Shown: positions 17,132-26,192 of the stretch, one piece after another
How the letters are laid out: every line of letters begins with the position of its first letter
Numbering within the stretch: the stretch's first letter is position 1
Origin: Bacteriovoracaceae bacterium
Lineage (GTDB): Bacteria; Bdellovibrionota; UBA1018
Direction of reading: 5' to 3'
Assembly (NCBI GenBank): GCA_947463705.1
Contig: CANHSO010000003.1
Location: forward strand, 1-43,241
DNA length: 43,241 bases
Position numbers and translations under genes: made by a program
The notes under the pieces: model-generated
What the model saw: only the letters and a program-made list of their open reading frames with translations
Databases searched by the model: none
Told to the model about the DNA's origin: nothing

Positions 17132-17172
17132 AGATGGGGAGGTAGGTTAAAAGCCACCTCCCCATTTTAGTT
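17132..17172 (+). terminator. Intrinsic terminator after flagellin 1
   Basis: Stem ATGGGGAGGT (17134-43) / ACCTCCCCAT (17156-65) followed by a T-rich tract. Confidence 0.8.
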
Positions 17173-17242
17173 TAAAAAATCATTTAAAATTAGATAGTTA
17201 GAAAGCAGACTCGGTGGAATCGTTAATACTTGTTAAAATAAC

Positions 17243-17267
17243 TCAAGTATTATGTGATTACACCGAT
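17243..17267 (+). promoter_or_regulatory. Sigma-28-like promoter of flagellin 2
   Basis: TCAAG-N14-ACCGAT. Confidence 0.65.
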
Positions 17268-17277
17268 CAGAATAGTG

Positions 17278-17560
17278 TCAGCTGAGGGATGGGCCCTCAG
17301 AGGACAAAACTGATGAACGTCTGCCGACTGTACATTGCTGTTGCACAAGGCGGGAACTCGTAGTTGCAAGCCTGGTTTGTTGTCCAGGTTAAGTAGATTT
17401 GAATCGAGCTAAGCGGGCTGGTCTCGTCTTAATCGCGCTAATCTACCTCCAGTAGTTTTGCTTCAACACTCAGACGTTTTCCAATTGAACTCGGCCAGTG
17501 CCGTCATATTTCGGTGGCACTGAACCCAATGCGTTTTTTCTTAAAGGGAGAAAATACGCC
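17278..17560 (+). ncRNA. Candidate structured 5' leader RNA of flagellin 2
   Basis: At least six nested or adjacent complementary helices can be read directly (see finding). Confidence 0.5.
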
Positions 17561-17581
17561 TTTCAAGTTAGGAGAATTGTT

Positions 17582-18415
17582 ATGGGCTTGAGAATTGCGA
17601 CCAATATTTCTTCAATGACTGCTAATCGGATTTTGTCTCATTCTTCTGAAGATCAAAATAAAGCATATCAGCGCTTAGCTTCGGGACAGCGGATCACCCA
17701 AGCAGGGGATGATGCTGCTGGGTTATCGATCTCTGAAAATTTACGTGCTCAAATTCGCTCGATGAGCCAGGCTGAGCGAAACGCCAACGATGGAATTTCC
17801 TTTGCTCAAGTCGCTGAGGGCGGCTTGACTGAAATTAATAACATCGCCATCCGTTTGCGTGAACTCGCAATCCAGGCCGGTTCCGACACGATCGGCGATC
17901 GTGAACGGGGCTTCATTCATCAAGAGGTGAAGAGTCTCGTTCAAGAAGTTGATCGTATCGCCAATGTGACAAATTTTAACGGTACCAGCCTCCTCAATGG
18001 CCAGGCTCCCAAGGGGCAGCTTGAGTTCCAAGTCGGGATTCGAAATGACAGCTCTGATCGAATTGTATTCGATGCCAATTCGATCGACGTACGAGCAGAT
18101 CGGTTAGGGATTGACGGCCTCGATTACACGAGTGTGGACGGTGCCCGCAACGCCCTGGAAAAAGTAGATAGTGCTGCTTCTCAAATTCTCTCGAGTCGAG
18201 CTTCGCTCGGTGCGATTCAGAACAAGTTGCAATCGACCGTGAGGAACCTCGGGGTTTCCAAAGAGAATTTGACCATCGCACGGTCACGAATTGCAGATAC
18301 GGATATTGCGGCAGATACGTCCGAGTTGGTTCGTGGAAATATTCTGCAAAGTGCAGGGATTTCGGTCTTGGCTCAGGCGAATTCTTCGCCCACCCAAGCT
18401 CTTAAACTTCTGTAA
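17582..18415 (+). CDS. fliC: Flagellin (277 aa, D0/D1 only)
   Basis: Start moved to ATG 17582 (MGLRIATN, SD AGGAG). DDAAGLSISE, RASLGAIQNKL, SRIADTDIA. Confidence 0.97.
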   Translation: MGLRIATNISSMTANRILSHSSEDQNKAYQRLASGQRITQAGDDAAGLSISENLRAQIRSMSQAERNANDGISFAQVAEGGLTEINNIAIRLRELAIQAGSDTIGDRERGFIHQEVKSLVQEVDRIANVTNFNGTSLLNGQAPKGQLEFQVGIRNDSSDRIVFDANSIDVRADRLGIDGLDYTSVDGARNALEKVDSAASQILSSRASLGAIQNKLQSTVRNLGVSKENLTIARSRIADTDIAADTSELVRGNILQSAGISVLAQANSSPTQALKLL

Positions 18416-18470
18416 TTTTAGGTTCAGTTTGCGCCCACATCTCTCAGGCATAGGGTCTGAGAGTTCTTAA

Positions 18471-18508
18471 GCCTCCCCTAGGGGTGCCGAGCCCCTGGGG
18501 GTTTTTTT
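18471..18508 (+). terminator. Intrinsic terminator after flagellin 2
   Basis: Stem CCCCTAGGGG/CCCCTGGGGG followed by T7. A second hairpin lies at 18441-18463. Confidence 0.85.
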
Positions 18509-18519
18509 GTCTGAGTGAT

Positions 18520-18545
18520 TTAAGTTTACCCCGGGTTTCACCGAA
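18520..18545 (+). promoter_or_regulatory. Sigma-28-like promoter of the flaG-like gene
   Basis: TTAAG-N15-ACCGAA. Confidence 0.65.
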
Positions 18546-18582
18546 GGATGGATGAGGGACGAGAAGGACCTGGGAGGTTAAA

Positions 18583-18978
18583 ATGAAGATTCAATCTTTA
18601 ACTGGTAATTGGGGATATTACGGAGTCGTCAGGGACAAGCAGGACGGCGGTTCAGGGAATCAACAAAGATCACCGGACGGCCAAGACCGCCAATCTAAAG
18701 ATCATAAAGACGAGTATTCTAATTCAAACTTCGAGGAACAGGCACCCAGCAAAGAGAAAATGGACGAAGCCATTAAGGCGTTTGGTCGGGATACTCAGGC
18801 CCAAGAAAGTGGAATCAGCGCATCGGTCGAGGGAAGTGGTCCAGGGCTCAAGGTGGTTCTTAAGGATGGAGCAGGTAAAGTTGTCAGACAACTCACCGGG
18901 TATGAGTTTATTCAACTCCGCAGTTCGACCCCCACAGAAGGGAATTCCTGCGGGAAAATCCTTGATCGCAAGCTCTAG
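18583..18978 (+). CDS. flaG: FlaG-like flagellar protein
   Basis: C-terminal KVVLKD..GKVVRQL...EF...GKILDRK matches the FlaG pattern, and the gene follows a flagellin. Confidence 0.65.
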   Translation: MKIQSLTGNWGYYGVVRDKQDGGSGNQQRSPDGQDRQSKDHKDEYSNSNFEEQAPSKEKMDEAIKAFGRDTQAQESGISASVEGSGPGLKVVLKDGAGKVVRQLTGYEFIQLRSSTPTEGNSCGKILDRKL

Positions 18979-18999
18979 AATCGTTAATTCTTAGAGGCC

Positions 19000-19764
19000 A
19001 TGAGTGTTTATATTGTCTCTGACCTACACATTTGGGGACCCGAAGATCCCCTCTATCTGTCTTTGCTGGATCTAATCTGCGGACGTGCCCAGTCGGGTGA
19101 TACCTTAGTCCTAGCTGGAGACGTGTTTGATCTATTTGTCGGCAATAAAGCCGTCTTTGTAGACCGTTACCACAAGTTTTTTAATGCCCTGAGGCAGGCA
19201 GGCCAACGAGGGGTTCAAGTTCACTATATTGAAGGGAATCATGATTTCTTATTGAAGCGAACCTTGGGTCGAATGGCGGGGGTAGCGCTCCATTCCGAGG
19301 AGGTTTCGTTTGAAATTCAAGGCAAGCGCTTCTTGGTTGCTCATGGAGATCTGGCCGATCAGCGAGATTACAGCTATCGATTTTTAAGGGCTTTTTTCCG
19401 AAGCCTGCCAGTTCGATTTTTGTTTTGGCTTGCCCCAGGTCCATGGTTGGAGAGTTTTGGTAAATGGAGTGGGAAAAAGAGTCGTAAGAAAAATAATTTG
19501 TTAGTTTCTCAGCTCCCCCTCGAACGACGCGAGAACTTACGAAAAATCTACCGCAGCTACGCCGCTGAGCGTTTAGCTCAGGGCTATGATTTTATGGTGA
19601 TGGGTCATTGCCACGATCTGGATGAGATGAGTTTTAAGATTGGTGGTCGACTCGGTCAATATGTGAACGTCGGTTTTCCTCGTGTTCATGGGTCTTATCT
19701 TTCCTGGCAGCCGGGTGAGGATCAAATTCATCGAGAGACTCTGCCGAGTCGTATTTTTGATTAA
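19000..19764 (+). CDS. lpxH: UDP-2,3-diacylglucosamine hydrolase-like metallophosphoesterase
   Basis: SDLH, GDVFD, GNHD, HGD and GHCH motifs. Confidence 0.8.
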   Translation: MSVYIVSDLHIWGPEDPLYLSLLDLICGRAQSGDTLVLAGDVFDLFVGNKAVFVDRYHKFFNALRQAGQRGVQVHYIEGNHDFLLKRTLGRMAGVALHSEEVSFEIQGKRFLVAHGDLADQRDYSYRFLRAFFRSLPVRFLFWLAPGPWLESFGKWSGKKSRKKNNLLVSQLPLERRENLRKIYRSYAAERLAQGYDFMVMGHCHDLDEMSFKIGGRLGQYVNVGFPRVHGSYLSWQPGEDQIHRETLPSRIFD

Positions 19765-19766
19765 GT

Positions 19767-20837
19767 TCAGCGCAGAAAATCAAAGCAGAGTTGGACGGGG
19801 TGGTCAGGTGTGACCAGTCCTGAGACCGAAATTCCGATGAGTCGAATGGGGCGTGTCCCCACATCCGTGTCTCTGAAAAGTAGTTCTGCTGCCGTTTGCG
19901 CAATTGTAAAACTCTCGTCAGAGGGTTGAGTGAGGCTTTGACTGCGGCTGATTTGTTTGAAGTCTGAATATTTAATTTTGAGACAGATCGTGGTCGCCTG
20001 TCGTTGAATTTTTTTCAAATCAGTAGAAAGTTCATTTGCCTGAGACTCAATGTAGTTGAGGAGAGTCTGAGCGTTGAGGATGTCTTTATCGAAGGTGGTT
20101 TCGCTCCCTCGGCTCTTGGGTTCTGAATGAGCTTCAACAGAACGAGGATCCCGTCCAAAGGCAAGTTCGTAAAGAAATGAACCAAAAGATCCCATTTCTT
20201 TTTCAAGCTGGGTGCTATCGAGTCTTCGAATGTCGGAGGCGGTTTGAATTCCTAGGGCATGGAGCTTTTTTGCGGTAGCAGGGCCGACCCCCCAGAATTT
20301 CTCAACAGGGAGGTGTTCGATCCAACTCATCACTTTTTCAGGGGGGATCACCACTAAGCCGTCTGGTTTTTTATGGTCGCTTGCAAGTTTAGCGATGAAC
20401 TTATTGGGACCGACACCAGCAGATGCAGTCATGCGCAGTTCCTGCTGGATCTGCTCTTTGATCCAGCGTGCAATGTTGCTTGCAATGGGTTCATTAAAAA
20501 GATTTTCAGTCACATCTAGATAGGCCTCATCCAGTGCGAGGGGTTCGACCGTGGCGGTGACTTGTTTGAAAATTGCATGAATTTGACGACTTGCCGTGAT
20601 GTACTTGTCAAAATTGGGCGAAATAAAAATTGCCTGAGGACAGAGCCTGTAAGCCTGTGAGCAGGGCATGGCAGAGCGAATTCCGAAGCGACGTGCTTCG
20701 TAGGACGCTGAACAAACTACGGAACGACTTTTTGGATCACCTCCCACTACTACTGGTCGTGATTTTAACTCTGGAGAGTCCCGCTGCTCGACGGATGCGT
20801 AGAATGCATCCATATCGATATGAATGATCTTTCTCAA
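19767..20837 (-). CDS. dinB: DNA polymerase IV
   Basis: RKIIHIDMDAFYASVEQRD, SYEARRFG, LDEAYLD, NKFIAKLAS, IRLIGI. TTG start. Confidence 0.97.
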   Translation of the reverse strand: MRKIIHIDMDAFYASVEQRDSPELKSRPVVVGGDPKSRSVVCSASYEARRFGIRSAMPCSQAYRLCPQAIFISPNFDKYITASRQIHAIFKQVTATVEPLALDEAYLDVTENLFNEPIASNIARWIKEQIQQELRMTASAGVGPNKFIAKLASDHKKPDGLVVIPPEKVMSWIEHLPVEKFWGVGPATAKKLHALGIQTASDIRRLDSTQLEKEMGSFGSFLYELAFGRDPRSVEAHSEPKSRGSETTFDKDILNAQTLLNYIESQANELSTDLKKIQRQATTICLKIKYSDFKQISRSQSLTQPSDESFTIAQTAAELLFRDTDVGTRPIRLIGISVSGLVTPDHPVQLCFDFLR

Positions 20838-20840
20838 ATT

Positions 20841-22517
20841 TTATGTCCCCGCTAACTCAAGAAGCTCCGAGGCGTTCGCCAGGCTTTTACGGGTGAGGAC
20901 CGGTCCTCCGAGCATACGGGCGATTTCTTCCTGCCGCTCTTTGATTGAGAGCTCAAGGATCTGAGTTGTGGTTCGGTCTTTTTGAGATCCTTTGCGGACC
21001 ACAAGATGGTGATCAGCAAAGGAGGCGACCTGAGGAAGGTGAGTGATACAGATCACTTGGTTATATTCAGCAACGGATTTGAGTTTTTTACCGACTTGAA
21101 ATGCAGTTTGCCCACCGATGCCTGCATCAATCTCATCAAATAAATACACGCCAATCCCACCCCGGTCAGCGATCACGCGACGAATTGAAAGCATCAGTCG
21201 AGAGAGTTCACCGCCAGAAGCAATTTTACCAATCGGTCTCGAGGGCTCTCCTCGGTTTGTCTGAACAAGAAATTGAATTTGGTCTCCACCCGTGGCATTC
21301 CAGTCATCGGTGTCTTGCTTGGTGGCAATATCGACGACAAATTGGGCATCGCCCATTTTTAAATCCTTTAGTTCTCGAGTGACTGAGGTAGAGAGTCGAT
21401 TTGAAATCTTTTTACGAGACGCAGAGAGTTTTTGTCCCGATTGGATCATGAGCTCTCGTGATTCTCTGAGTTGTTGAGCCACCGCCTGGAGCTGATCTCC
21501 GACTTGATCGAGATTTTGATATTCTTCCTGAAACTGTTCGAGCTTTTCTAGGATTTCCTTGATCTGGGGGCCGTACTTTCGTTTGAGGTCAGCAATCAGG
21601 GAGAGTCGATCTTGGATCGTTTGCAGACGCTCAGAGTCGAGTTCAATCGAGTTGAGATAACGACCCAAGTAGAGACTTGCTTCCTCGACTTCGGCTAAAG
21701 CTCTTAAGAGAGTCTCAGAAAGTGTCTGGCTGGAAGGGTCGAGGTGAGTGAGGGTTTTAGCTTTTTGCAGGGCGGCTCGGAGGCTATTTTGCGTGCCTTG
21801 GTCTTCGGACTCTAAAATTTGAACGATGCTTTCTCCTGTTTGCGCCCGAACCTCCGCCGATTGGAGGAGTTGTTTTTCACGGTGCAGGGCCTCATCTTCA
21901 TTCATGCTCAGGGCAGCCTGAGTGATCTCATCGATTTGATATCGCAGAAATGCGGCTCGACTCGTGCGCTCCTCACTCGCTCGTTCGAGTTGGGACTTTT
22001 CTTGATTGAGGGATCGGACCTGGTTGAACTGAGAAGCGAACTTTTTAGTTTGTTCTGTCAGCGCTCCGTACTGATCGAGGAGGCTAAGTTGGGTCTGGTT
22101 CTTGAGAAGAGATTGATGTTCATTTTGTCCACAGAGGTCGATGAGTCCTTCGCAAAGATTTTGGAGCGTACTCAGCGTGGCTAATTCACCGTTGATGGAA
22201 ATTCGGTGTCTGCCGGCTCGATGCACTGTCCTCTTGACCAATAACTCGCTGCCCTGCGATTCAAAACCTGCTTGGTTCAAGCGAGAACTCATCCAGGGAA
22301 TATCGGAGATTCGAAAGAAACCTTCGACGACGGCCTCGTTCGCTCCCGCACGGATCAATTCAATACTGGCACGACTTCCGAGAAGGAGAGAGATGGCTTC
22401 GATAATAATGGATTTCCCAGCTCCGGTTTCGCCGGAAAGAATATTGAGACCAGGTGTAAACTGGATCTCTGCAGAGTCAATAATAGCAATATTCTTGATT
22501 TTGAGAATCTCAAGCAT
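20841..22517 (-). CDS. recN: DNA repair protein RecN
   Basis: GETGAGKS, coiled coil, ASGGELSR, FDEIDAGIGG, ITHLPQVA. Confidence 0.97.
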   Translation of the reverse strand: MLEILKIKNIAIIDSAEIQFTPGLNILSGETGAGKSIIIEAISLLLGSRASIELIRAGANEAVVEGFFRISDIPWMSSRLNQAGFESQGSELLVKRTVHRAGRHRISINGELATLSTLQNLCEGLIDLCGQNEHQSLLKNQTQLSLLDQYGALTEQTKKFASQFNQVRSLNQEKSQLERASEERTSRAAFLRYQIDEITQAALSMNEDEALHREKQLLQSAEVRAQTGESIVQILESEDQGTQNSLRAALQKAKTLTHLDPSSQTLSETLLRALAEVEEASLYLGRYLNSIELDSERLQTIQDRLSLIADLKRKYGPQIKEILEKLEQFQEEYQNLDQVGDQLQAVAQQLRESRELMIQSGQKLSASRKKISNRLSTSVTRELKDLKMGDAQFVVDIATKQDTDDWNATGGDQIQFLVQTNRGEPSRPIGKIASGGELSRLMLSIRRVIADRGGIGVYLFDEIDAGIGGQTAFQVGKKLKSVAEYNQVICITHLPQVASFADHHLVVRKGSQKDRTTTQILELSIKERQEEIARMLGGPVLTRKSLANASELLELAGT

Positions 22518-23438
22518 TTAGTCCCGAACTCCAAACTTAAGCTTCTCCCTGAGTAGGCCAAAGAAGTCGCGGTCGGGCGATGCAATGAGCTTGAGGGAGT
22601 GTTTTTTAAATTTGCGTAAGGTTACGACGTCATCTTCCTTCATGTCAACCACATCTTGGCCATCGAGTGTCAGAAGGACGTGGCCAGGGCGGTCACTGAG
22701 GCGAATACGGATTTCGGACTGGTCTGAGATGACTAGGGGGCGGAGAGTGAGGCTGTGCGGGCAAATTGGAGCAATCACGAGAGCCGGAACGGACGGCTCA
22801 ACCAGGGGGCCACCCGCTGCGAGAGCATAGGCGGTCGATCCGGTCGTGGTGCTCACGATCATTCCGTCAGCTCGGACGTGATTGACCCAGTGGGTGTCTA
22901 CCCACATTTCCATTCCGATAATTCGTGCAATGGCTCCCTTGGAGATGACTGCGTCATTGACTACGAGCCCTTGATAAAGGGTTCGATTTTTCCGATTCAG
23001 GGTCACCTCGAGTAGATCTCGCTCATGGATGATCGGTGGAACGCCATTGAGGACTGCCTTGAGGGCGCCTAGCGCCTCGGTACGTCTGAACTCGGTGAGA
23101 AACCCGAGTTGCCCCATGTTAATTCCCATCACCGGAATACTTCGCTTTTTCATGAGTCGTGCGATGCTGAGGTAGGTCCCATCACCCCCGAGTACGACAA
23201 TCAGATCGCACTCGGTGTGGAGTTCAGGCTTGGTCACGATTTTGATGAGCCTTTTTTTGTTCCCTAGATTTTTAATGATGTCTTTAGCAAGTTGAGTGCT
23301 CTCATCGGCAAAACATGTTTGGATATTTTGTTCCAAAAGTGATGCCGTAATTTCAGCTGCGAGGAGCGAAGCCTCGGGTTGGTGATGTTTAATCACAAGT
23401 CCGAGCTTCCTAATTTTCAACGCTTCGCTTTTTTTCAT
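22518..23438 (-). CDS. nadK: NAD(+) kinase
   Basis: GGDGT, GQLGFL, VND, STTTGSTAY...GGP, LDGQ. Start at ATG 23438, or GTG 23459. Confidence 0.95.
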   Translation of the reverse strand: MKKSEALKIRKLGLVIKHHQPEASLLAAEITASLLEQNIQTCFADESTQLAKDIIKNLGNKKRLIKIVTKPELHTECDLIVVLGGDGTYLSIARLMKKRSIPVMGINMGQLGFLTEFRRTEALGALKAVLNGVPPIIHERDLLEVTLNRKNRTLYQGLVVNDAVISKGAIARIIGMEMWVDTHWVNHVRADGMIVSTTTGSTAYALAAGGPLVEPSVPALVIAPICPHSLTLRPLVISDQSEIRIRLSDRPGHVLLTLDGQDVVDMKEDDVVTLRKFKKHSLKLIASPDRDFFGLLREKLKFGVRD

Positions 23439-23469
23439 GTGAGGATCCCCCGAGGCCACTTTAACGAAC

Positions 23470-23495
23470 TTCGGATGAAAAGAAAGAGGGATTTA
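23470..23495 (-). promoter_or_regulatory. Sigma-28-like promoter upstream of nadK-recN-dinB
   Basis: TAAAT-N15-TCCGAA. Confidence 0.45.
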
Positions 23496-24086
23496 TGAAT
23501 CGCGTGAACGGATCAACGAGGGAAGGCCTGTATTTCGCCAGTTTCTTAGATTTTCTTGCAGGTCCTCGCTGATGAGTTGCGCTAGCGCGATGGTATTGCG
23601 CTGCTCATGAGCCTGTAAGACCTCACGGAGGATCGAGAGGAGATTCGACTCGAGAAGTTGGATGCTGTTAAAAAGTCCAAGTTTGAGAACCCTTTTCACC
23701 CCCGAGACTGCTTCGGTGAATGTGGTGATCCCTTCTAGAAGACGGTTAAAGTGGACCATGAAGTCAGTCTTTGAAACATTTTGAGCTGCCGTAGTTGCTA
23801 AGTTTTCCAGGGCTTTCGAAAATTCAATCAGGTCATACAGAGTCTCATCTGCGACCTCTTTCGGGTGAGTCGTGAAAATTTCAATCAGCTCAAAGTGAGA
23901 TACCGGTGTTGTACCCAAAGCCTGATCTTCTGTGTTTGGAATTTCGTTACCATCAATTCGAATTGAAGAAATCAATGCCGAGTTAGGATCGATCTGTCGC
24001 TTCAGATAGGTCAGCATTTCATGAAACTGACTTTCGGGTGATAAGGGAAAATTTATGGGATTGCCGTTCAATAAGAGCTGGTTCAT
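23493..24086 (-). CDS. Hypothetical protein in the flagellar/GT9 operon
   Basis: ATGA-coupled to the GT9 gene. Small beta-rich N-terminal domain and helical C-terminal domain. Confidence 0.75.
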   Translation of the reverse strand: MNQLLLNGNPINFPLSPESQFHEMLTYLKRQIDPNSALISSIRIDGNEIPNTEDQALGTTPVSHFELIEIFTTHPKEVADETLYDLIEFSKALENLATTAAQNVSKTDFMVHFNRLLEGITTFTEAVSGVKRVLKLGLFNSIQLLESNLLSILREVLQAHEQRNTIALAQLISEDLQENLRNWRNTGLPSLIRSRDS

Positions 24087-25996
24087 AGATTAAGTTCCTT
24101 TTCGGTTGAAATACTTGGAGTTTCAACCAAGTTGAGGTGAGAAGAGCGAAGGGCGACAGGACGGACAAGCGCCAGTGTATGCTTGACCCAAGCCGAGTAA
24201 ATAGAGACTCCGTCACGCAAAACTTTGTAACAAACGGCCGTCTCCTTGCCCATGTCACCGAGGTGAGTACCTTTGAGGTGATGCATTTGAACTGCTAACA
24301 TTTTTGAGAAGGCTCCTAGGGCCGAGTGAGTCTGAGCAAGACGATCCACGAGTCCCTGAAGTTCTAGAAGTTTTTTTCCTAGATCTTGAAGTTCTTCTCT
24401 CTCGTGGACGCTCATCAGATGGGGAGTTTTTAGAGTTGCTCCTCGATGCCCGAGCGTGTTTCCGATCAGAATTGCCTGAGAGCAGACTTTTGAGAGGACT
24501 TCCGTCGACTCTTCGAGTTCTCGGAGGTGCTTGACCAATGAAGGGCTGATCATTTCTCGCGAGACTTCTTGACCTATAGACGGCACCCAGCCACAATACC
24601 AAGATCTTGCAACGTGGCCCATCACCATAGCGCTCCAGTCGGTAACGCGAATGGATTTCTGTAGGATCGACTCGTAAACGACTCCACCACCTTCTTGCAC
24701 GGGACGAATTTTCGATCGATACACCAAAACGGAATCCACCCGGGCTTGCAATCCTAGTTGTAAAAAGTGGGATTCGAGTGAGGTCTGGCGGCGATGTGAC
24801 CACTCATAAGCGGCGTATGACCAAACAGCGTAGGCAACCTCAGGTGTCAGGTCAGTCTGACAGCTATGATTTTCGTTCGCTCCATGGTTCAGGCATCCTT
24901 CGCAATTTGATCCTGAAGAGACAATGTAGTGGCCGTTTCCGTAGGGACCAGTTTCCGTAAATCGCACAGGGCCGACGGAGAGGTTGAGCACTCGAGTGCC
25001 GAGAAGGCTGGCGAGGTGGATGGCTGCGGTGTCTCCAGCGATCAGCCATTGACTTCGACTCACCAGTGAAGCCCACAGATCAAAGCTGGTTTCTCCGACA
25101 AAAGAGATGATGCCATTTCTGATTCGATTTGGATTTGAAGAAACTTCTGAGTCTGATTCGACGAGACGATTGAGTTCCTCTTTAAATTTTTGCTCCCGCT
25201 CAAGATCCTCTTTTCCTCCCAATAGAAAAATGCCACAGTCCTGGTTTCCTTTGAGAAGTGAAAGCGCAAAGCGAGCCCAATTTTTTGGATCCCAGGTCTT
25301 GTCTGGTCTGCCTGCTCCGAGTTGAATCGAAACCCACTTTCTTTTGGAGTCTCCGGCGAGTTGTGCGACTTCTCTTTCCGTAAGAGTGAGGGAAAAGAAA
25401 GTTTTGGACGTAACAGGTGCATTTCCTTCGGGCATCGGATCGCCCACATGGATCTGAAGTGCAGTGAGGAGCTGAGTGGTCAGTACATCAGTGAGGTGAA
25501 TATTTTGAGGGATATTCCCCTGGATGATTGCTTGCACGTACTGGCTCCATCCGTCTGCACCAGCAAATGAACCATCAGGACGCCGAGTGTAGCCGAGCTT
25601 AATTCGAGCAGGGAGGAGTCCTGTAAGAAAGCTGCTTGCGTCCGAGAAGGACCAATTCATGATGAGATCCCAGGGCTGATCAGCGATGGGGCGAAGCCAC
25701 TGAGCAAGTTCAACAAGTGATTGGGCCTCTGTTTTAATTCCTGAAAAAACAGGTCCGAGAAGCGCATCCGTTGGAAGGGTGATTACATTTTCGATCCAAG
25801 GAACGCGGTTCGCCGCAGATGCAAAGTTTTCTCGGGCAAGAAAGTGAATCTCTAAGTTGGGGTATAATTGCTTAGCGGCTCGGAGAGCCATTAAACTTTG
25901 GAGCGTATCACCCAATCGAGCCATCTGAATGACTAGGCATCGGATTGATTTTTTCGAATTAGGCTGGGTTTCGATAGACTGCTGTGATGCTTTCAT
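24083..25996 (-). CDS. Glycosyltransferase family 9 (heptosyltransferase-like) with a long helical C-terminal extension
   Basis: VIQMARLGD, QLGAGRPDKTW, GDTAAIHLASLLGT, ETGPYG, and a CxxC...C segment. Confidence 0.85.
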   Translation of the reverse strand: MKASQQSIETQPNSKKSIRCLVIQMARLGDTLQSLMALRAAKQLYPNLEIHFLARENFASAANRVPWIENVITLPTDALLGPVFSGIKTEAQSLVELAQWLRPIADQPWDLIMNWSFSDASSFLTGLLPARIKLGYTRRPDGSFAGADGWSQYVQAIIQGNIPQNIHLTDVLTTQLLTALQIHVGDPMPEGNAPVTSKTFFSLTLTEREVAQLAGDSKRKWVSIQLGAGRPDKTWDPKNWARFALSLLKGNQDCGIFLLGGKEDLEREQKFKEELNRLVESDSEVSSNPNRIRNGIISFVGETSFDLWASLVSRSQWLIAGDTAAIHLASLLGTRVLNLSVGPVRFTETGPYGNGHYIVSSGSNCEGCLNHGANENHSCQTDLTPEVAYAVWSYAAYEWSHRRQTSLESHFLQLGLQARVDSVLVYRSKIRPVQEGGGVVYESILQKSIRVTDWSAMVMGHVARSWYCGWVPSIGQEVSREMISPSLVKHLRELEESTEVLSKVCSQAILIGNTLGHRGATLKTPHLMSVHEREELQDLGKKLLELQGLVDRLAQTHSALGAFSKMLAVQMHHLKGTHLGDMGKETAVCYKVLRDGVSIYSAWVKHTLALVRPVALRSSHLNLVETPSISTEKELNL

Positions 25997-26148
25997 ACAC
26001 GCTCCAAAAGCGCTTCTTGAGAGGTTTGTACGATTTGCTCAGCTATGAGCGCTTTGAGCAGACCCACAAGGAGTTGCTCAACATCTTTTTCTTGCCCTTG
26101 TGGGTCTTCAATTACTTCGCCCATGAGTAGGTTAGTGTCTGTGCTCAT
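25993..26148 (-). CDS. 51-aa small protein not in the ORF track
   Basis: Hand translation gives MSTDTNLLMGEVIEDPQGQEKDVEQLLVGLLKALIAEQIVQTSQEALLERV*. SD GGAGG, and the TGA overlaps the GT9 ATG. Confidence 0.65.
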   Translation of the reverse strand: MSTDTNLLMGEVIEDPQGQEKDVEQLLVGLLKALIAEQIVQTSQEALLERV

Positions 26149-26192
26149 CCGTCCTCCATGACAGAAATCAGTTACGCGCGGTTCAGGTTCAT

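Noticed and set aside
17310-17480. Hammerhead ribozyme (CTGATGA at 17310 followed by a helix)
   Set aside because: The closing strand CAGACGTT is followed by TTCC, not the required GAAA.
16130-17580. c-di-GMP-I (GEMM) riboswitch in the flagellin leaders
   Set aside because: I could not find the GCAAAC...GNRA...GCAAAG core.
17498-17581. N-terminal extension of flagellin 2 from GTG 17498
   Set aside because: The conserved MGLRIATN and the SD place the start at 17582, and the GTG lies inside a leader hairpin.
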